Positions 26,125 to 36,300 of a DNA stretch of 64,000 nt are shown here, piece by piece. Both the position numbers and the translations under genes were made by a program. The notes under the pieces were generated by a model. The model was not told where the DNA came from. It ran no database searches and was given only the letters and a program-made list of their open reading frames with translations. Every line of letters starts with the position of its first letter. The stretch's first letter is position 1. Origin of the DNA: an uncultured Eubacteriales bacterium (GTDB lineage Bacteria > Actinomycetota > Coriobacteriia > Anaerosomatales > JAAXUF01); contig CAZXWK010000006.1 of the NCBI GenBank assembly GCA_964644675.1, positions 16,341 through 80,340 on the forward strand. Direction: 5' to 3'.

Positions 26125-27348
26125 ATGCAGCACGTGGTGTACGAGGACGTACGCATCGAGGGCCATCTGATCGACTCCGGGCTGATGTCGGGCGTCATGG
26201 ACGACATCATCGCCATGGGTGGTGAGTTCGAGACGCTCTCGTTCGAGGTGGGTCGCACCAACGAGGACGCCTCGGTGGCTCTGATCCGCGTGCGGGCGTC
26301 CAGCCAGGAGCAGCTCGACGCGATCCTCGGCGAGATCCAGCTGCACGGCGCCGTCTCCGTGGATCCGAGCGACGCGAAGCTCGCCCCGGCGGCGATGGAC
26401 GGCGTCTTCCCCGAGGGTTTCTACTCCACGACCAACATGGACACCGACGTGCGCATCGGCGGGGCGTGGGTCCGCGCGACGAATCCCGAGATGGACCTGG
26501 GCGTGCGCGTGGATCCGGCCGCGGGCACCGCCGAGAGCGTGCCGATGGCCGACGTGCGCGCCGGGGACCTCTACGTCGTCGGCCACGCCGGCATTCGCGT
26601 CCACCCCGTCGAGCGACCGCGCGACAAGCAAGCGTTCGAATTCATGTCGTCGTCGGTCTCGAGCGAGAAGCCCAAGGCCCAGGTCGTCGCCGACGTGGCG
26701 CGCATGCTGCGCGAGACGCGTGCGGCGGGCCGCGACGTCATCGCCGTCGTCGGGCCGGCCGTCGTGCACACGGGCGCGGCGGGCGAGCTCGCGCGGCTGG
26801 TCGAGCTGGGCTACGTCACCGTGCTCTTCGGCGGCAACGCCGTCGCCACGCACGACATCGAGAGCGCGCTGTACGGCACCTCGCTCGGCGTGGGACTCGC
26901 CGACGGCGTGCCGGCCCTTGGCGGCCACGAGCACCACCTGCGCGCGATCAACGCGATCCGCGGTGCGGGTTCGATCGCCGCGGCCGTCGAGCAGGGCCTC
27001 CTCACGAAGGGGCTCATGCACACGCTCGTCAAGACGGGGACGCCGTTCGTGCTCGCCGGCTCGATCCGAGACGACGGCCCGCTCCCCGATGTCATCACCG
27101 ACGTCGTGGTGGCCCAGGCCGAGATGCGTCGCTACGCGCAGGGTGCGGGCGCGTGCCTGATGCTCTCGACGATGCTGCATTCGATCGCGACGGGGAACAT
27201 GTTGCCGGCCTCGACCACCACCGTATGCGTCGACATCAACCCGGCCGTCGTGACCAAGCTCGCTGACCGGGGCTCGTGGCAGACGGTCGGTATCGTCACC
27301 GACGTCGGGCTCTTCCTCGAGCACCTCGCCAACGAGCTCGAACGCTAG
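26125..27348 (+). CDS. TIGR00300-family protein (ArgZ/AgrE C-terminal-like), putative ornithine cyclodeaminase
   Basis: EGHLIDSG, PEGFYSTTN, FEFMSSSVSSEKP, GGNAVATHDIE, LAGSIRDDGPLP, LHSIATGNMLP, CVDINPAVVTKLADRGS. Confidence 0.85.
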   Translation: MQHVVYEDVRIEGHLIDSGLMSGVMDDIIAMGGEFETLSFEVGRTNEDASVALIRVRASSQEQLDAILGEIQLHGAVSVDPSDAKLAPAAMDGVFPEGFYSTTNMDTDVRIGGAWVRATNPEMDLGVRVDPAAGTAESVPMADVRAGDLYVVGHAGIRVHPVERPRDKQAFEFMSSSVSSEKPKAQVVADVARMLRETRAAGRDVIAVVGPAVVHTGAAGELARLVELGYVTVLFGGNAVATHDIESALYGTSLGVGLADGVPALGGHEHHLRAINAIRGAGSIAAAVEQGLLTKGLMHTLVKTGTPFVLAGSIRDDGPLPDVITDVVVAQAEMRRYAQGAGACLMLSTMLHSIATGNMLPASTTTVCVDINPAVVTKLADRGSWQTVGIVTDVGLFLEHLANELER

Positions 27349-27416
27349 GGCGAGTCGCGACGTTCCTCGGCGAGGGGTAGGTAGTCTCTACGCGCCGGAT
27401 CGTCGGAGGAGACATC

Positions 27417-27890
27417 ATGCAGCCGATCATCACGTGCCTGTGGTTCGACACCCAGGCCGAGCGGGCAGCCGAGTACTACGCGTCGGTCTTCCCCGACGCC
27501 GAGGTCGGAGACGTCGTGCGCTACACCGAGGCCGGCCCAGGGCCTGCGGGGTCGGCGATGACCGCCTCGTGGAGGATCGGGGAGATGCGGTTCTTCGGGA
27601 TCAACGGAGGTCCGCTCTTCCCGTTCACTGAGGCGGTCTCGTTCCAGATACCGTGCGACTCCCAGGAAGAGGTCGACTACTACTGGGACATACTCTCGGC
27701 CGACGGCGGTGAGACCGGGCAGTGCGGCTGGCTCAAGGACAAGTTCGGAGTCTCGTGGCAGGTGACGCCGGTTCGGCTCACGCAGCTGCTGTCGGAGTCC
27801 GATCCTGAGACCGCGCGGCGCGTCACCGAGGTGATGCTCGGGCAGACCAAGCTCGTCATCGCCGAGCTGGAGGCTGCTGCGGCTTCGTGA
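27417..27890 (+). CDS. VOC family protein (PhnB-like)
   Basis: ITCLWFD, INGGPLF, FTEAVSF, QCGWLKDKFGVSWQV. Confidence 0.9.
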   Translation: MQPIITCLWFDTQAERAAEYYASVFPDAEVGDVVRYTEAGPGPAGSAMTASWRIGEMRFFGINGGPLFPFTEAVSFQIPCDSQEEVDYYWDILSADGGETGQCGWLKDKFGVSWQVTPVRLTQLLSESDPETARRVTEVMLGQTKLVIAELEAAAAS

Positions 27891-27933
27891 CGCGTCGATG
27901 GGCTCGCGTCGAAGCAGCGCCGCAGGCGAGCGC

Positions 27934-29979
27934 TCAGCCGGCATGGACCCGGAGCAGCCGGGCGTTCACGGCGACGATCACCGTCGATGCCGACATGAGC
28001 AGGCCGCCCACGGCCGGGCTCATCATGATGCCGGCGCCCGCGAACACCCCGGCCGCGAGCGGTAGCGCGATCACGTTGTAGCCGAGCGCCCACCACAGGT
28101 TCTGCACCATCTTCGCGTAGGTGGCGCGCGACAGCTCGATGACGGCGGGTACGTCTCGGGGGTCGCTCCGCACCAGCACCACGTCGGCGGTCGCGACCGC
28201 GACGTCCGTGCCTGCCCCGATCGCGATGCCGACGTCGGCCGCCGCCAGCGGCGGGGCGTCGTTGACCCCGTCGCCGACCATCGCGACGACGCGCCCCTCG
28301 CGCTGTATCCGGCGGACGGTCTCGGCCTTCTCGGCGGGGAGGACTCGCGAGAAGATCCGGGAGATCCCGAGGACACGGGCGACGGCGGATGCAACCGCCT
28401 CGGTGTCGCCGGTGAGCATGACGGGCTCGACGCCCATGGCCGTCAGCCGGTCGATCGCGGCCTTCGACTCGGGCCTCGCGAGGTCGGAGAGGGTGATCGC
28501 GCCGATAGCGCGGTCATCGCGGAGCACGAACGCCACGGTGCGGCCGGATCGGGAGAGGTCCTCCGCGGCGTCGGGGACTACGACCGCGGGGTTCTCGGCG
28601 AGGTAGCCAGGGCCGACGACGGAGATCCGGTCGGGGCCGATCGTCCCGGTGACGCCCCTGCCCGGGATCGCGCGGAACTCGCCGACCGGCACCGACGCGT
28701 CGGTCGCGGCGGCGATGGCCCGCGCGACGGGGTGCTCCGAGAGTCGCTCGAGGGAGCCGGCGAGCGCGAGGACGTCATCGGTGGAGAGATCACCCCAGCT
28801 CAGGATCTCGTCGACGCCGAAGCGGCCGAGCGTCAGCGTGCCGGTCTTGTCGAAGACGACGGTGTCGATGAGCCGCGCGTTCTCGAAGGCCATCCGGTTA
28901 CGCACGAGCAGGCCGGAGCGCGCGCCGAGTGCCGTGGAAACCGCGACGACGAGTGGGATCGCGAGCCCCAGGGCGTGCGGACACGCGACCACCATCACGG
29001 TCACCGCGCGCTCCATCGCGAACGCAAGCGGCTGGCCCAGGGCGAGCCATGCGCCGAAGGTGACCGCCCCGCCCGCGAGCGCGACGATCGTGAGCCACAT
29101 CGCAGCTCGGTCCGCGAGGTCCTGCGTACGCGACTTCGACGACTGCGCCTGGCGGACCAGCTCGACGACCTGCGCGAGGTAGGACTCGTCGCCGGTCTTC
29201 GCGACGCGGACGTACAACGCTCCGTCACCGTTGACCGACCCGCCGATGACGGTGTCGCCCGGCGCGCGGCGCACGGGGACGGACTCGCCGGTGAGCAGCG
29301 ACTCGTCCACCGCCGAGACTCCCTCGGTCACGGCGCCGTCGGCGGGGACCTTCTCGGCGGGGCGGACGAGGACGACGTCACCAGGCACGAGGTCGGCCAG
29401 CGGGACGTCGGCGATCGCGCCCTCGGCGTCCACGCGGTGCGCGGCCGGCGGCAACAGCGCGGCGAGCGATTCGAGCGCCTTCGAGGCCTCGCCTATCGAG
29501 CGCATCTCGATCCAGTGGCCCAGAAGCATCACGTCGATGAGCGTGGCGAGCTCCCAGAAGAACGGCATGCCTTCGACGCCCAGAACCGTCGCGGCGCTGT
29601 AGCCGTAGGCCACCGTGATGGCGACCGCGACCAGCGTCATCATGCCGGGTGTGCGTGCACGAAGCTCCCGAACCATGCCCTTGAGGAAGGGGAGTCCACC
29701 GTAGATGTAGAGCACGGTAGAGAGCGCCAGCAGGATCCAGTCCGCGCCCGGCACGGCGACGATGCGGCCTCCGGGGACGAGCGGCACGCCCGGCGAGATG
29801 AGGAGCACCGGAACCGTGAGCGCCAGGCTCACCCAGAAGCGGCGTCTGAAGTCCGCGATCGAGTGGCCCTCGTGGCGGCCGGCGTCGTGCGAGCCGTGCT
29901 CGCGCCCGCTCGCTTGGGGGTGGTCGACCGGCGTGCCATGGTGGGTGGGCTCCGTGCGGTGGTTATCGCTCACCATCAT
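27934..29979 (-). CDS. copB: P1B-3 type copper-translocating ATPase (CopB-like)
   Basis: His-rich N-terminus, FFWELATLIDVMLLGHWIE, LTGES, CPHALGLAIP, DKTGTLT, GDGVND, LGYN, MSAST. Confidence 0.88.
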   Translation of the reverse strand: MMVSDNHRTEPTHHGTPVDHPQASGREHGSHDAGRHEGHSIADFRRRFWVSLALTVPVLLISPGVPLVPGGRIVAVPGADWILLALSTVLYIYGGLPFLKGMVRELRARTPGMMTLVAVAITVAYGYSAATVLGVEGMPFFWELATLIDVMLLGHWIEMRSIGEASKALESLAALLPPAAHRVDAEGAIADVPLADLVPGDVVLVRPAEKVPADGAVTEGVSAVDESLLTGESVPVRRAPGDTVIGGSVNGDGALYVRVAKTGDESYLAQVVELVRQAQSSKSRTQDLADRAAMWLTIVALAGGAVTFGAWLALGQPLAFAMERAVTVMVVACPHALGLAIPLVVAVSTALGARSGLLVRNRMAFENARLIDTVVFDKTGTLTLGRFGVDEILSWGDLSTDDVLALAGSLERLSEHPVARAIAAATDASVPVGEFRAIPGRGVTGTIGPDRISVVGPGYLAENPAVVVPDAAEDLSRSGRTVAFVLRDDRAIGAITLSDLARPESKAAIDRLTAMGVEPVMLTGDTEAVASAVARVLGISRIFSRVLPAEKAETVRRIQREGRVVAMVGDGVNDAPPLAAADVGIAIGAGTDVAVATADVVLVRSDPRDVPAVIELSRATYAKMVQNLWWALGYNVIALPLAAGVFAGAGIMMSPAVGGLLMSASTVIVAVNARLLRVHAG

Positions 29980-30257
29980 CCGCCCAGGGTGCGCAGGATC
30001 TCCTGGTACTGCTCGGGCGTGATCTCGCCACTCGCCAGGCGCCGCTTGGCGATGGCGACCGCCTCGTCGTGTCCCGCGTCACCTGCCGGAAGCGTGGGCG
30101 AAGCCGACTCGTGGCCTCGCGACGCCTTCACCGCCCAGACGACGAGTAGCGCGATCGCCACGATCAGCAGCACCGCGAACAGGAAGATGAGCAGTCCGCC
30201 GTACGGGTTGTATCCGCCCATCATGTTGTAGCCGTAGCCGTATCCTCGACCCATCAT
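29976..30257 (-). CDS. SHOCT domain small membrane protein
   Basis: [15 protein letters not shown], one TM helix, [18 protein letters not shown]. Translationally coupled to copB. Confidence 0.85.
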   Translation of the reverse strand: MMGRGYGYGYNMMGGYNPYGGLLIFLFAVLLIVAIALLVVWAVKASRGHESASPTLPAGDAGHDEAVAIAKRRLASGEITPEQYQEILRTLGG

Positions 30258-30417
30258 CGCGGGTCATCTCCTCTCGGGGCGACGAACCGCGTCGCCTCCT
30301 GTCACAGAGTGTCTGTACCCGCGTGGTGGACTCGGCGTTCCGGTCGCCCCGCTCGGGTACAAGCTGAGTGCGCGACCGAGCGCGTGCGGACGACCCGCCC
30401 ACCCGAGAGGAGCCGCG

Positions 30418-30831
30418 ATGCGCGAGAAGCTGCAACTGACCGACGATGAGTGGCGCGCGAGGCTGACGCCCGAGCAGTTCCGCGTGCTGCGGCGCGCGGG
30501 CACGGAACCGGCGTTCTCCGGGGCACTCACCGATACCTTCGAGCCGGGCACCTACGTGTGCGCAGGGTGCGGCTCGACGCTGTTCTCCTCGGCGGCCAAG
30601 TTCCACTCGGGCTGTGGCTGGCCGAGCTTCTGGGAGCCGATCGAGCCCGATGCGGTGACCGAGCATCCGGACTACAGCTTCGGCATGCACCGGGTCGAGG
30701 TGCTGTGCGCGGTCTGCGACGGACACCTGGGCCACGTGTTCACGGACGGCCCGGAGCCGACGGGGCTGCGCTACTGCATCAACTCGGTCTCGATCGAGTT
30801 CGAGCCCGGAGAGGCGCCGGCGACCGACTGA
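30418..30831 (+). CDS. msrB: Peptide-methionine (R)-S-oxide reductase
   Basis: GTEPAF, CAGC and CAVC zinc motifs, [24 protein letters not shown]. Confidence 0.97.
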   Translation: MREKLQLTDDEWRARLTPEQFRVLRRAGTEPAFSGALTDTFEPGTYVCAGCGSTLFSSAAKFHSGCGWPSFWEPIEPDAVTEHPDYSFGMHRVEVLCAVCDGHLGHVFTDGPEPTGLRYCINSVSIEFEPGEAPATD

Positions 30832-30949
30832 ACCCGCGAGCGAGCCGCTGTGGCCCCTCGTGGAGTGCTCGTGAAGGTGCGGTTTCGGGGCCTTCTCGGC
30901 ATGGAACTTGCGTTAGCGCGTACGAAGTCGCACCCGTTGAGGGGATCGA

Positions 30950-31315
30950 GTGTTCTCCACAGCTCACATTCGCAGGATCGCGTTGCCGCTGGTGGTCGTG
31001 TTGGCGATCGTCGCTATCGCCGTGCCCACCTGCCGGATGATCAACTGCGAGATGGACATGAGCAAGGGCATGCCGTTCATGCCCCGTGGCCTGGGCATCT
31101 ACAATCCCGCGTGTGGCGGCGAGTGGCTGACCACGACGGGTCCCAAGGGCGTCGTCCCCGGTGGCGCCGAGTCGCTCCTGCTTTCGTTCGCCGTCGCTGT
31201 CGTGATGGCGGTCGTCCTCTTCGCGCCGCAGCTGTCGGCGCGCCCGGTCTTCGCGTTCTCGGCGCAGCCTCCACCGCCGCCCGAGGACCCTCGCGGAGAG
31301 CGATTCCGAGTCTAA
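30950..31315 (+). CDS. Two-TM Cys/Met-rich small protein with polyproline tail; candidate copper-sensing leader/arrest peptide
   Basis: Hydrophobic segment, then CRMINCEMDMSKGMPFMP...AC, second TM, then tail QPPPPPEDPRGERFRV. GGGGA RBS before GTG. Confidence 0.7.
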   Translation: MFSTAHIRRIALPLVVVLAIVAIAVPTCRMINCEMDMSKGMPFMPRGLGIYNPACGGEWLTTTGPKGVVPGGAESLLLSFAVAVVMAVVLFAPQLSARPVFAFSAQPPPPPEDPRGERFRV

Positions 31316-31319
31316 TACC

Positions 31320-31418
31320 CTCCTCGTAAGTGTCTGAGCTGCGCGTTTGTGCGCTCTCTGACGCTGTCCGCGGGTACCCTCTGTTCCGAGGGTGCCGTCC
31401 GCCTTCATCTACGAGGAG
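31320..31418 (+). promoter_or_regulatory. RBS-sequestering RNA structure (anti-SD / SD)
   Basis: CTCCTCGTA (31320-31328) is the exact reverse complement of TACGAGGAG (31410-31418), which contains the next gene's SD. Internal hairpins at 31341-31354 and 31374-31395. Confidence 0.65.
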
Positions 31419-31427
31419 TCACCTGAA

Positions 31428-32672
31428 GTGTCACCACTGTTCGCATCCATGTTCGCGTTGGGGCTCGCCACGAGCCTCCACTGCATCGGGATGTGCGGGC
31501 CCATGGTCGTCACCTACGCCGTCAAGGGCGAGGAGTCAGGTCCCTGGTACCGCAAGCTCATCCCCAACGCGGCGTACCAGATAGCCAAGATCACGAGCTA
31601 CGTGCTCGTGGGCCTGGCGCTGGGTGCGATCGGCTCGGCGTTCAACCTCAACGGCATCCGCCCCTGGATCATGCTCGCCGCCGGCGTCTTCATGATCATC
31701 TTGGGGCTCGGGATGACCGGAAAGGTGCCGTGGGCCGCTCGTCTCACCCCGCGTCCCCCCAAGTTCCTCATCACCGCGCTCTCGAATCTGCGCCGCAAGG
31801 CCAAGGACGACGCCAGTGAAGGCGAGTCCACCCTGGCGACGCCCATCTCGTTCGGGCTCCTGACGGGCTTCATGCCGTGCGCGCCGCTCCAGGGCGCTCA
31901 GATCGCGGCGGCTGCCACGGGCAGCGCCATCACCGGAGGCGTCGCGATGCTCGCGTTCGGCCTCGGCACGGTGCCGCTCATGCTGCTGTTCGGCACCACG
32001 GCCAGCATGATCCCGATGAACTGGAAGCATCGACTCAACATCGTGCTCGCCATCGTCGTGATGGTGTTCGGCCTCGTGTTCATCAACCGGGCCGCGATGC
32101 TCCTTGGTTCGCCGGTCACGTTCGGCAGCGTCAAGACCGCTGTCGTCGGCACGAGCCCCACCGCGGGGAGCACGGACTTCAAGAAGGGCGCCGATGGCGT
32201 CGTCGAGGTCCCGCTCGCCATCATCAACACGCAGTACCAGCCGAAGCAGGTCACCGTCCCGGCCAACCAGCCGGTGCGCCTGGTGATCGACCGCCAGGAG
32301 GATGCGGCCTGCTCGGACAGACTCGTGATCCGCGAGCTCGGAATCGACGCCGCGCTCGCGCCCAACGGCGTGACCAAGGTCGACATCCCGGCGACGGCCG
32401 CCGGCACGTATCAGATGACGTGCGGCATGGGCATGATGGACGGCCAGCTCATCGTGATCTCGGGATCGGGCGCTGCGCCGGTCTCGAGTTCGACGCCGTG
32501 GATCTGGCTCGCGCTCGCACTGGGCGCGGCCGGCGGCGCGGTCTTCCTCGCGAGCCGCAAGTCGACCGCCGAGAAGGACGCGGCTGATCACAAGCCCGCG
32601 GCAAAGTCCTCGCCCAAGCCGGCGACCAAGCCGGCGACCAAGTCCCAATCCAAGAAGTCATCCAAGCACTAG
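31428..32672 (+). CDS. DsbD_2/TauE-like membrane protein fused to a cupredoxin domain
   Basis: SLHCIGMCGPMV, GFMPCAPLQ, cupredoxin-like ACSD...TCGMGMM, Lys-rich tail. GAGGAG before GTG 31428. Confidence 0.85.
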   Translation: MSPLFASMFALGLATSLHCIGMCGPMVVTYAVKGEESGPWYRKLIPNAAYQIAKITSYVLVGLALGAIGSAFNLNGIRPWIMLAAGVFMIILGLGMTGKVPWAARLTPRPPKFLITALSNLRRKAKDDASEGESTLATPISFGLLTGFMPCAPLQGAQIAAAATGSAITGGVAMLAFGLGTVPLMLLFGTTASMIPMNWKHRLNIVLAIVVMVFGLVFINRAAMLLGSPVTFGSVKTAVVGTSPTAGSTDFKKGADGVVEVPLAIINTQYQPKQVTVPANQPVRLVIDRQEDAACSDRLVIRELGIDAALAPNGVTKVDIPATAAGTYQMTCGMGMMDGQLIVISGSGAAPVSSSTPWIWLALALGAAGGAVFLASRKSTAEKDAADHKPAAKSSPKPATKPATKSQSKKSSKH

Positions 32673-32700
32673 AATCGAATCGACGAAGGAGACAGACCCC

Positions 32701-33297
32701 ATGGCTATGAACAAGCCGACCACCTCATCCGACACCATCCGCTGGGCCGCCATCGCCCTGCTCGTGGTCGTCGCGTTCTTTGGCGCGTACCGGTTCGCGT
32801 CCGCTCGCAGCAGCCTTGCCGCGGCCCAATCCCCGACCACGGCGGCCCAGGGGGCCGGCGCGACCGGCGGTGCTGGGTCGACCGGCGTCCAGACGGCGGC
32901 CAACGGAACCGCCCCCTCCACCCAGGCCGGCGGTTCGGGCTCAAGCTCCGGTGCCGGCTGCGCGTGCTGCGGCGGCTCGGGTACGCCGACGACCAACGGC
33001 GTGACCGGAACCGAGACCGAGGGCGTCGCGACGCTCGCGGACGGCGTGCAGAGGATCTCGGTCGACGTGACGACCGTCTACAACCCCAACGTCATCAAGC
33101 TCAAGGCCGGTGTCCCCGCCGAGATCACCTTCAGCCAGGCCGCCGGGTGCACGGGTATCGTGCACTCCGCCGACCTCGGGTTCGAAGAGGACCTCTCGGC
33201 CGGCCCCAAGACCGTGAAGCTGCAGGGCCTCCAGCCCGGCACCTACGCGTTCTCGTGCGGCATGGACATGGTCTTCGGCAAGATCGTCGTCGAGTAG
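32701..33297 (+). CDS. Membrane-anchored cupredoxin-domain protein (CupA-like)
   Basis: N-terminal TM, Gly/Ser/Thr linker with GCACCG, AGCTG...[14 protein letters not shown]. Confidence 0.85.
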   Translation: MAMNKPTTSSDTIRWAAIALLVVVAFFGAYRFASARSSLAAAQSPTTAAQGAGATGGAGSTGVQTAANGTAPSTQAGGSGSSSGAGCACCGGSGTPTTNGVTGTETEGVATLADGVQRISVDVTTVYNPNVIKLKAGVPAEITFSQAAGCTGIVHSADLGFEEDLSAGPKTVKLQGLQPGTYAFSCGMDMVFGKIVVE

Positions 33298-33313
33298 AAC
33301 GAGGCGACAGACT

Positions 33314-36300
33314 ATGCATACCAATCCCGACACCGTGGTCGTGCGGCTGCGCGTCGATGGCATGCGATGCCACTCGTGTGAGCGCAAGCTCACCGCGTGG
33401 CTGAGCGACATCGAGGGCGTCGAGTCCGTGGATGCCAGCTACGCCGAGAGCCGCGTGACCATCTACGCCCTCGAGGGCGTGCAGTTCGAGGACATGATCA
33501 AGGCGATCATGCGCGCTGGCTTCCTGCCCGGCGCCCCGAGCGTCATCGAGGACCCCGACGCCGAGGCGGCCGTCGAGCTCCCCATACAAGCCGAGAAGTC
33601 CGACGAGGCGGTCGCCCAGGCCCTTCGCGACGCGATCGCGTCCGTCGAGGCGAGTGGCTACCCGGTCGGCGACCGCGAGCAGCAGAGCCTGTTCGACGAG
33701 AACGACGTCGAGATCACGGTCCCGGAGCCGATCGCGGCACCGGGCACCGAAATTGCAGGCGGCTTCGTCGAGCCTGAGGTCGTGCTGGGGCCGGTCGCAG
33801 CCGTCGAGGCTGCGGAGGCCGCTGCGCCCGCCGAGCCCGAGCCGGCACCGGCCGAGCCGGTACTCGTGATCGAGCCCGAGCCCGAACCCGAGCCCGAGCC
33901 CGAGCCCGAACCCGAGGCCACCACGCCCGCGTCCGAAGCTCCTGCGCGCTACCGCCGCCTGAAGCTGAGTTCGGTCGGCATGCACTGCGGCGCGTGCGAG
34001 AAGCTCGTCACCATGCACGCCAAGCAGATCGACGGCGTGGTCGCAGCCGAAGGCGACGCCGAGGCCCAGACACTCACGGTCTACCTCGACCGCGAGGTCT
34101 CGACCGACGATCTCGCCGGCGCGATCTTGGCCGCGGGCTTCACGCCGGGCACCCCGCTCGTGCTGGGCGTCGCCGTCGTGAGCGAGCTGCCCGGTGCCAC
34201 GCCGGCTGAGGCCGCGCCCGCGCCGAGCGCCGCTCCCGCTGTCGTCGAGGCGGCCCCTGCGGCAGTCGCAGTCGCTTCCACGGTAGCCGCCGCTCCCGCC
34301 GCGCCCACTCCCGAGCCCGCCGCTCCCGTCACGAGCGCGTGCCCGGTGCTCCCCCCGGAGCCCGAACCGGCTGTGGCTGCGGCCTCCGAGCCGCGCGACG
34401 CGTACGCCGCTCCCGTCACGCAACCGCTCGCGGTGCGCGACGCCACCTTCGCGGTGGGCGGCATGACGTGCGCGTCCTGCTCGGCAATCATCGAGAAGAC
34501 GCTCGGCAAGACCGCCGGCGTCGAGTCGGCGACGGTCAACCTCGCGACCGAGAAGCTGTCGGTCGCCTACGACCCCGACGTCATCGACACGGACGGCATC
34601 AAGGCGACCGTGGACGGCCTCGGGTACTCGGCGATGCTGCTCGGCGCTCCCGCCGTCGCGGCCGAAGTGCCCGGAAAGGTCACGCTCGGTCTGCTCGGCA
34701 TGACGTGCGCTTCGTGCGCCGCCGTCATCGAGAAGACGCTCACCAAGCTTCCCGGCGTGAAGTCGGCGACCGTCAACCTCGCCGCCAACAGCGGCACGGT
34801 GGAGTTCGACCCCAACGTCATCGGCATCGACGAGCTCATCTCGGCGGTGCGTGGCGCGGGCTACGACGCGATGGTGAAGGTCGAGCAGATCCCCGGCGCT
34901 TCCGACACCGTCGACGTGCAGGCCGAGGCGCAGGCCAAGGCGTACAAGCACGAAGTGTTCATGTTCTGGTTCGCGGTGGCCTTCTCGGTACCGCTGTTCG
35001 TCATCGCGATGGTGCCGCCGTTCATGGATCTGGTCCCGCTCAAGGTCTCCGAGTGGCTCGCCGCCACCGTCGGCGGAGCGTGGGATCCCATGATGGTCGG
35101 CAAGTACCTGATGTTCCTGCTGGCGACGCCGGTGCAGTTCTACGCCGGCGCGCGGTTCTACAAGGGCGCGTACCACGCCATCAAGCGAGGGTCGGGCAAC
35201 ATGGACCTGCTCGTGGCGATCGGCACGTCGGCCGCGTACTTCTACTCGGTGGCCGCCACGTTCATCCCGGCGGTCGAGATGGAGCCCGCGTTCTACGAGA
35301 CGTCTGCGCTCCTCATCACGTTCGTGCTCCTGGGCAAGCTGCTCGAGGCGCGGGCGAAGGGCAAGACCTCCGACGCGATCAAGAAGCTCATGGGGCTCGC
35401 CGCCAAGACCGCACGCGTCGTGCGCGGCGGCGAGGAGATCGACATCCCCGTCGAGCAGGTCATCGTCGGCGACCTCGTGGTCGTGCGCCCGGGCGAGAAG
35501 GTCCCGGTCGACGGCGTCGTCATCGAGGGCTCCTCGGCGATCGACGAGTCCATGCTCACCGGCGAGTCGCTGCCGGTCGAGAAGCACGAGGGCGACCAGG
35601 TCATCGGCGCCACCATCAACAAGCTCGGCAGCTTCACGTTCCGCGCGACCAAGGTCGGCGCCGACACCGCGCTCGCCCAGATCGTCCGGCTCGTCGAAGA
35701 GGCCCAGGGCTCCAAGGCGCCGGTCCAGCGTTTCGCTGACCGCATCAGCGCCGTGTTCGTCCCGTTCGTCATCGGGGCCTCGCTGCTCACCTTCTTCTTC
35801 TGGGCGTTCGCGGGACCCGTCATCTTCGGCGCGCAGCCCGACCCGTCGGCGGTGTTCCCGCTCTTCGAGCCGATCACCATGGCCGCTGCGACCAACGGCT
35901 GGTGGATCGCCGCGCTGCTCGCCGGCATCGCCGTCGTCGTCATCGCGTGCCCGTGCGCGCTGGGTCTGGCCACCCCGACCGCGATCATGGTCGGCACCGG
36001 CCGAGGCGCCGAGAACGGCATCCTCATCAAGTCCGGAGACGCGCTCGAGACCGCGTACAAGATCTCGGCGATCGTCTTCGATAAGACCGGAACGCTCACC
36101 CACGGCAAGCCCGAGGTCACCGACATCGTGCTCGCCGATGGTCACGACGTGGACCGCGTCTTCAAGCTTGCCGCCGCGCTCGAGCGCAACTCCGAGCACC
36201 CGCTCGCCGAGGCGGTCGTCGCCCGCGCCAAGGCCGACGGCATCGAGCTGCCGGCCGTCGAGGGTTTCTCGGCGGTACCGGGGCACGGGGTCGAGGGCAC

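Noticed and set aside
31313-31330. TAATACCCTCCTCGTA as a CsoR operator
   Set aside because: Lacks the G-tract half and has shorter TAC-GTA spacing than CsoR boxes I know; better explained as the anti-SD.
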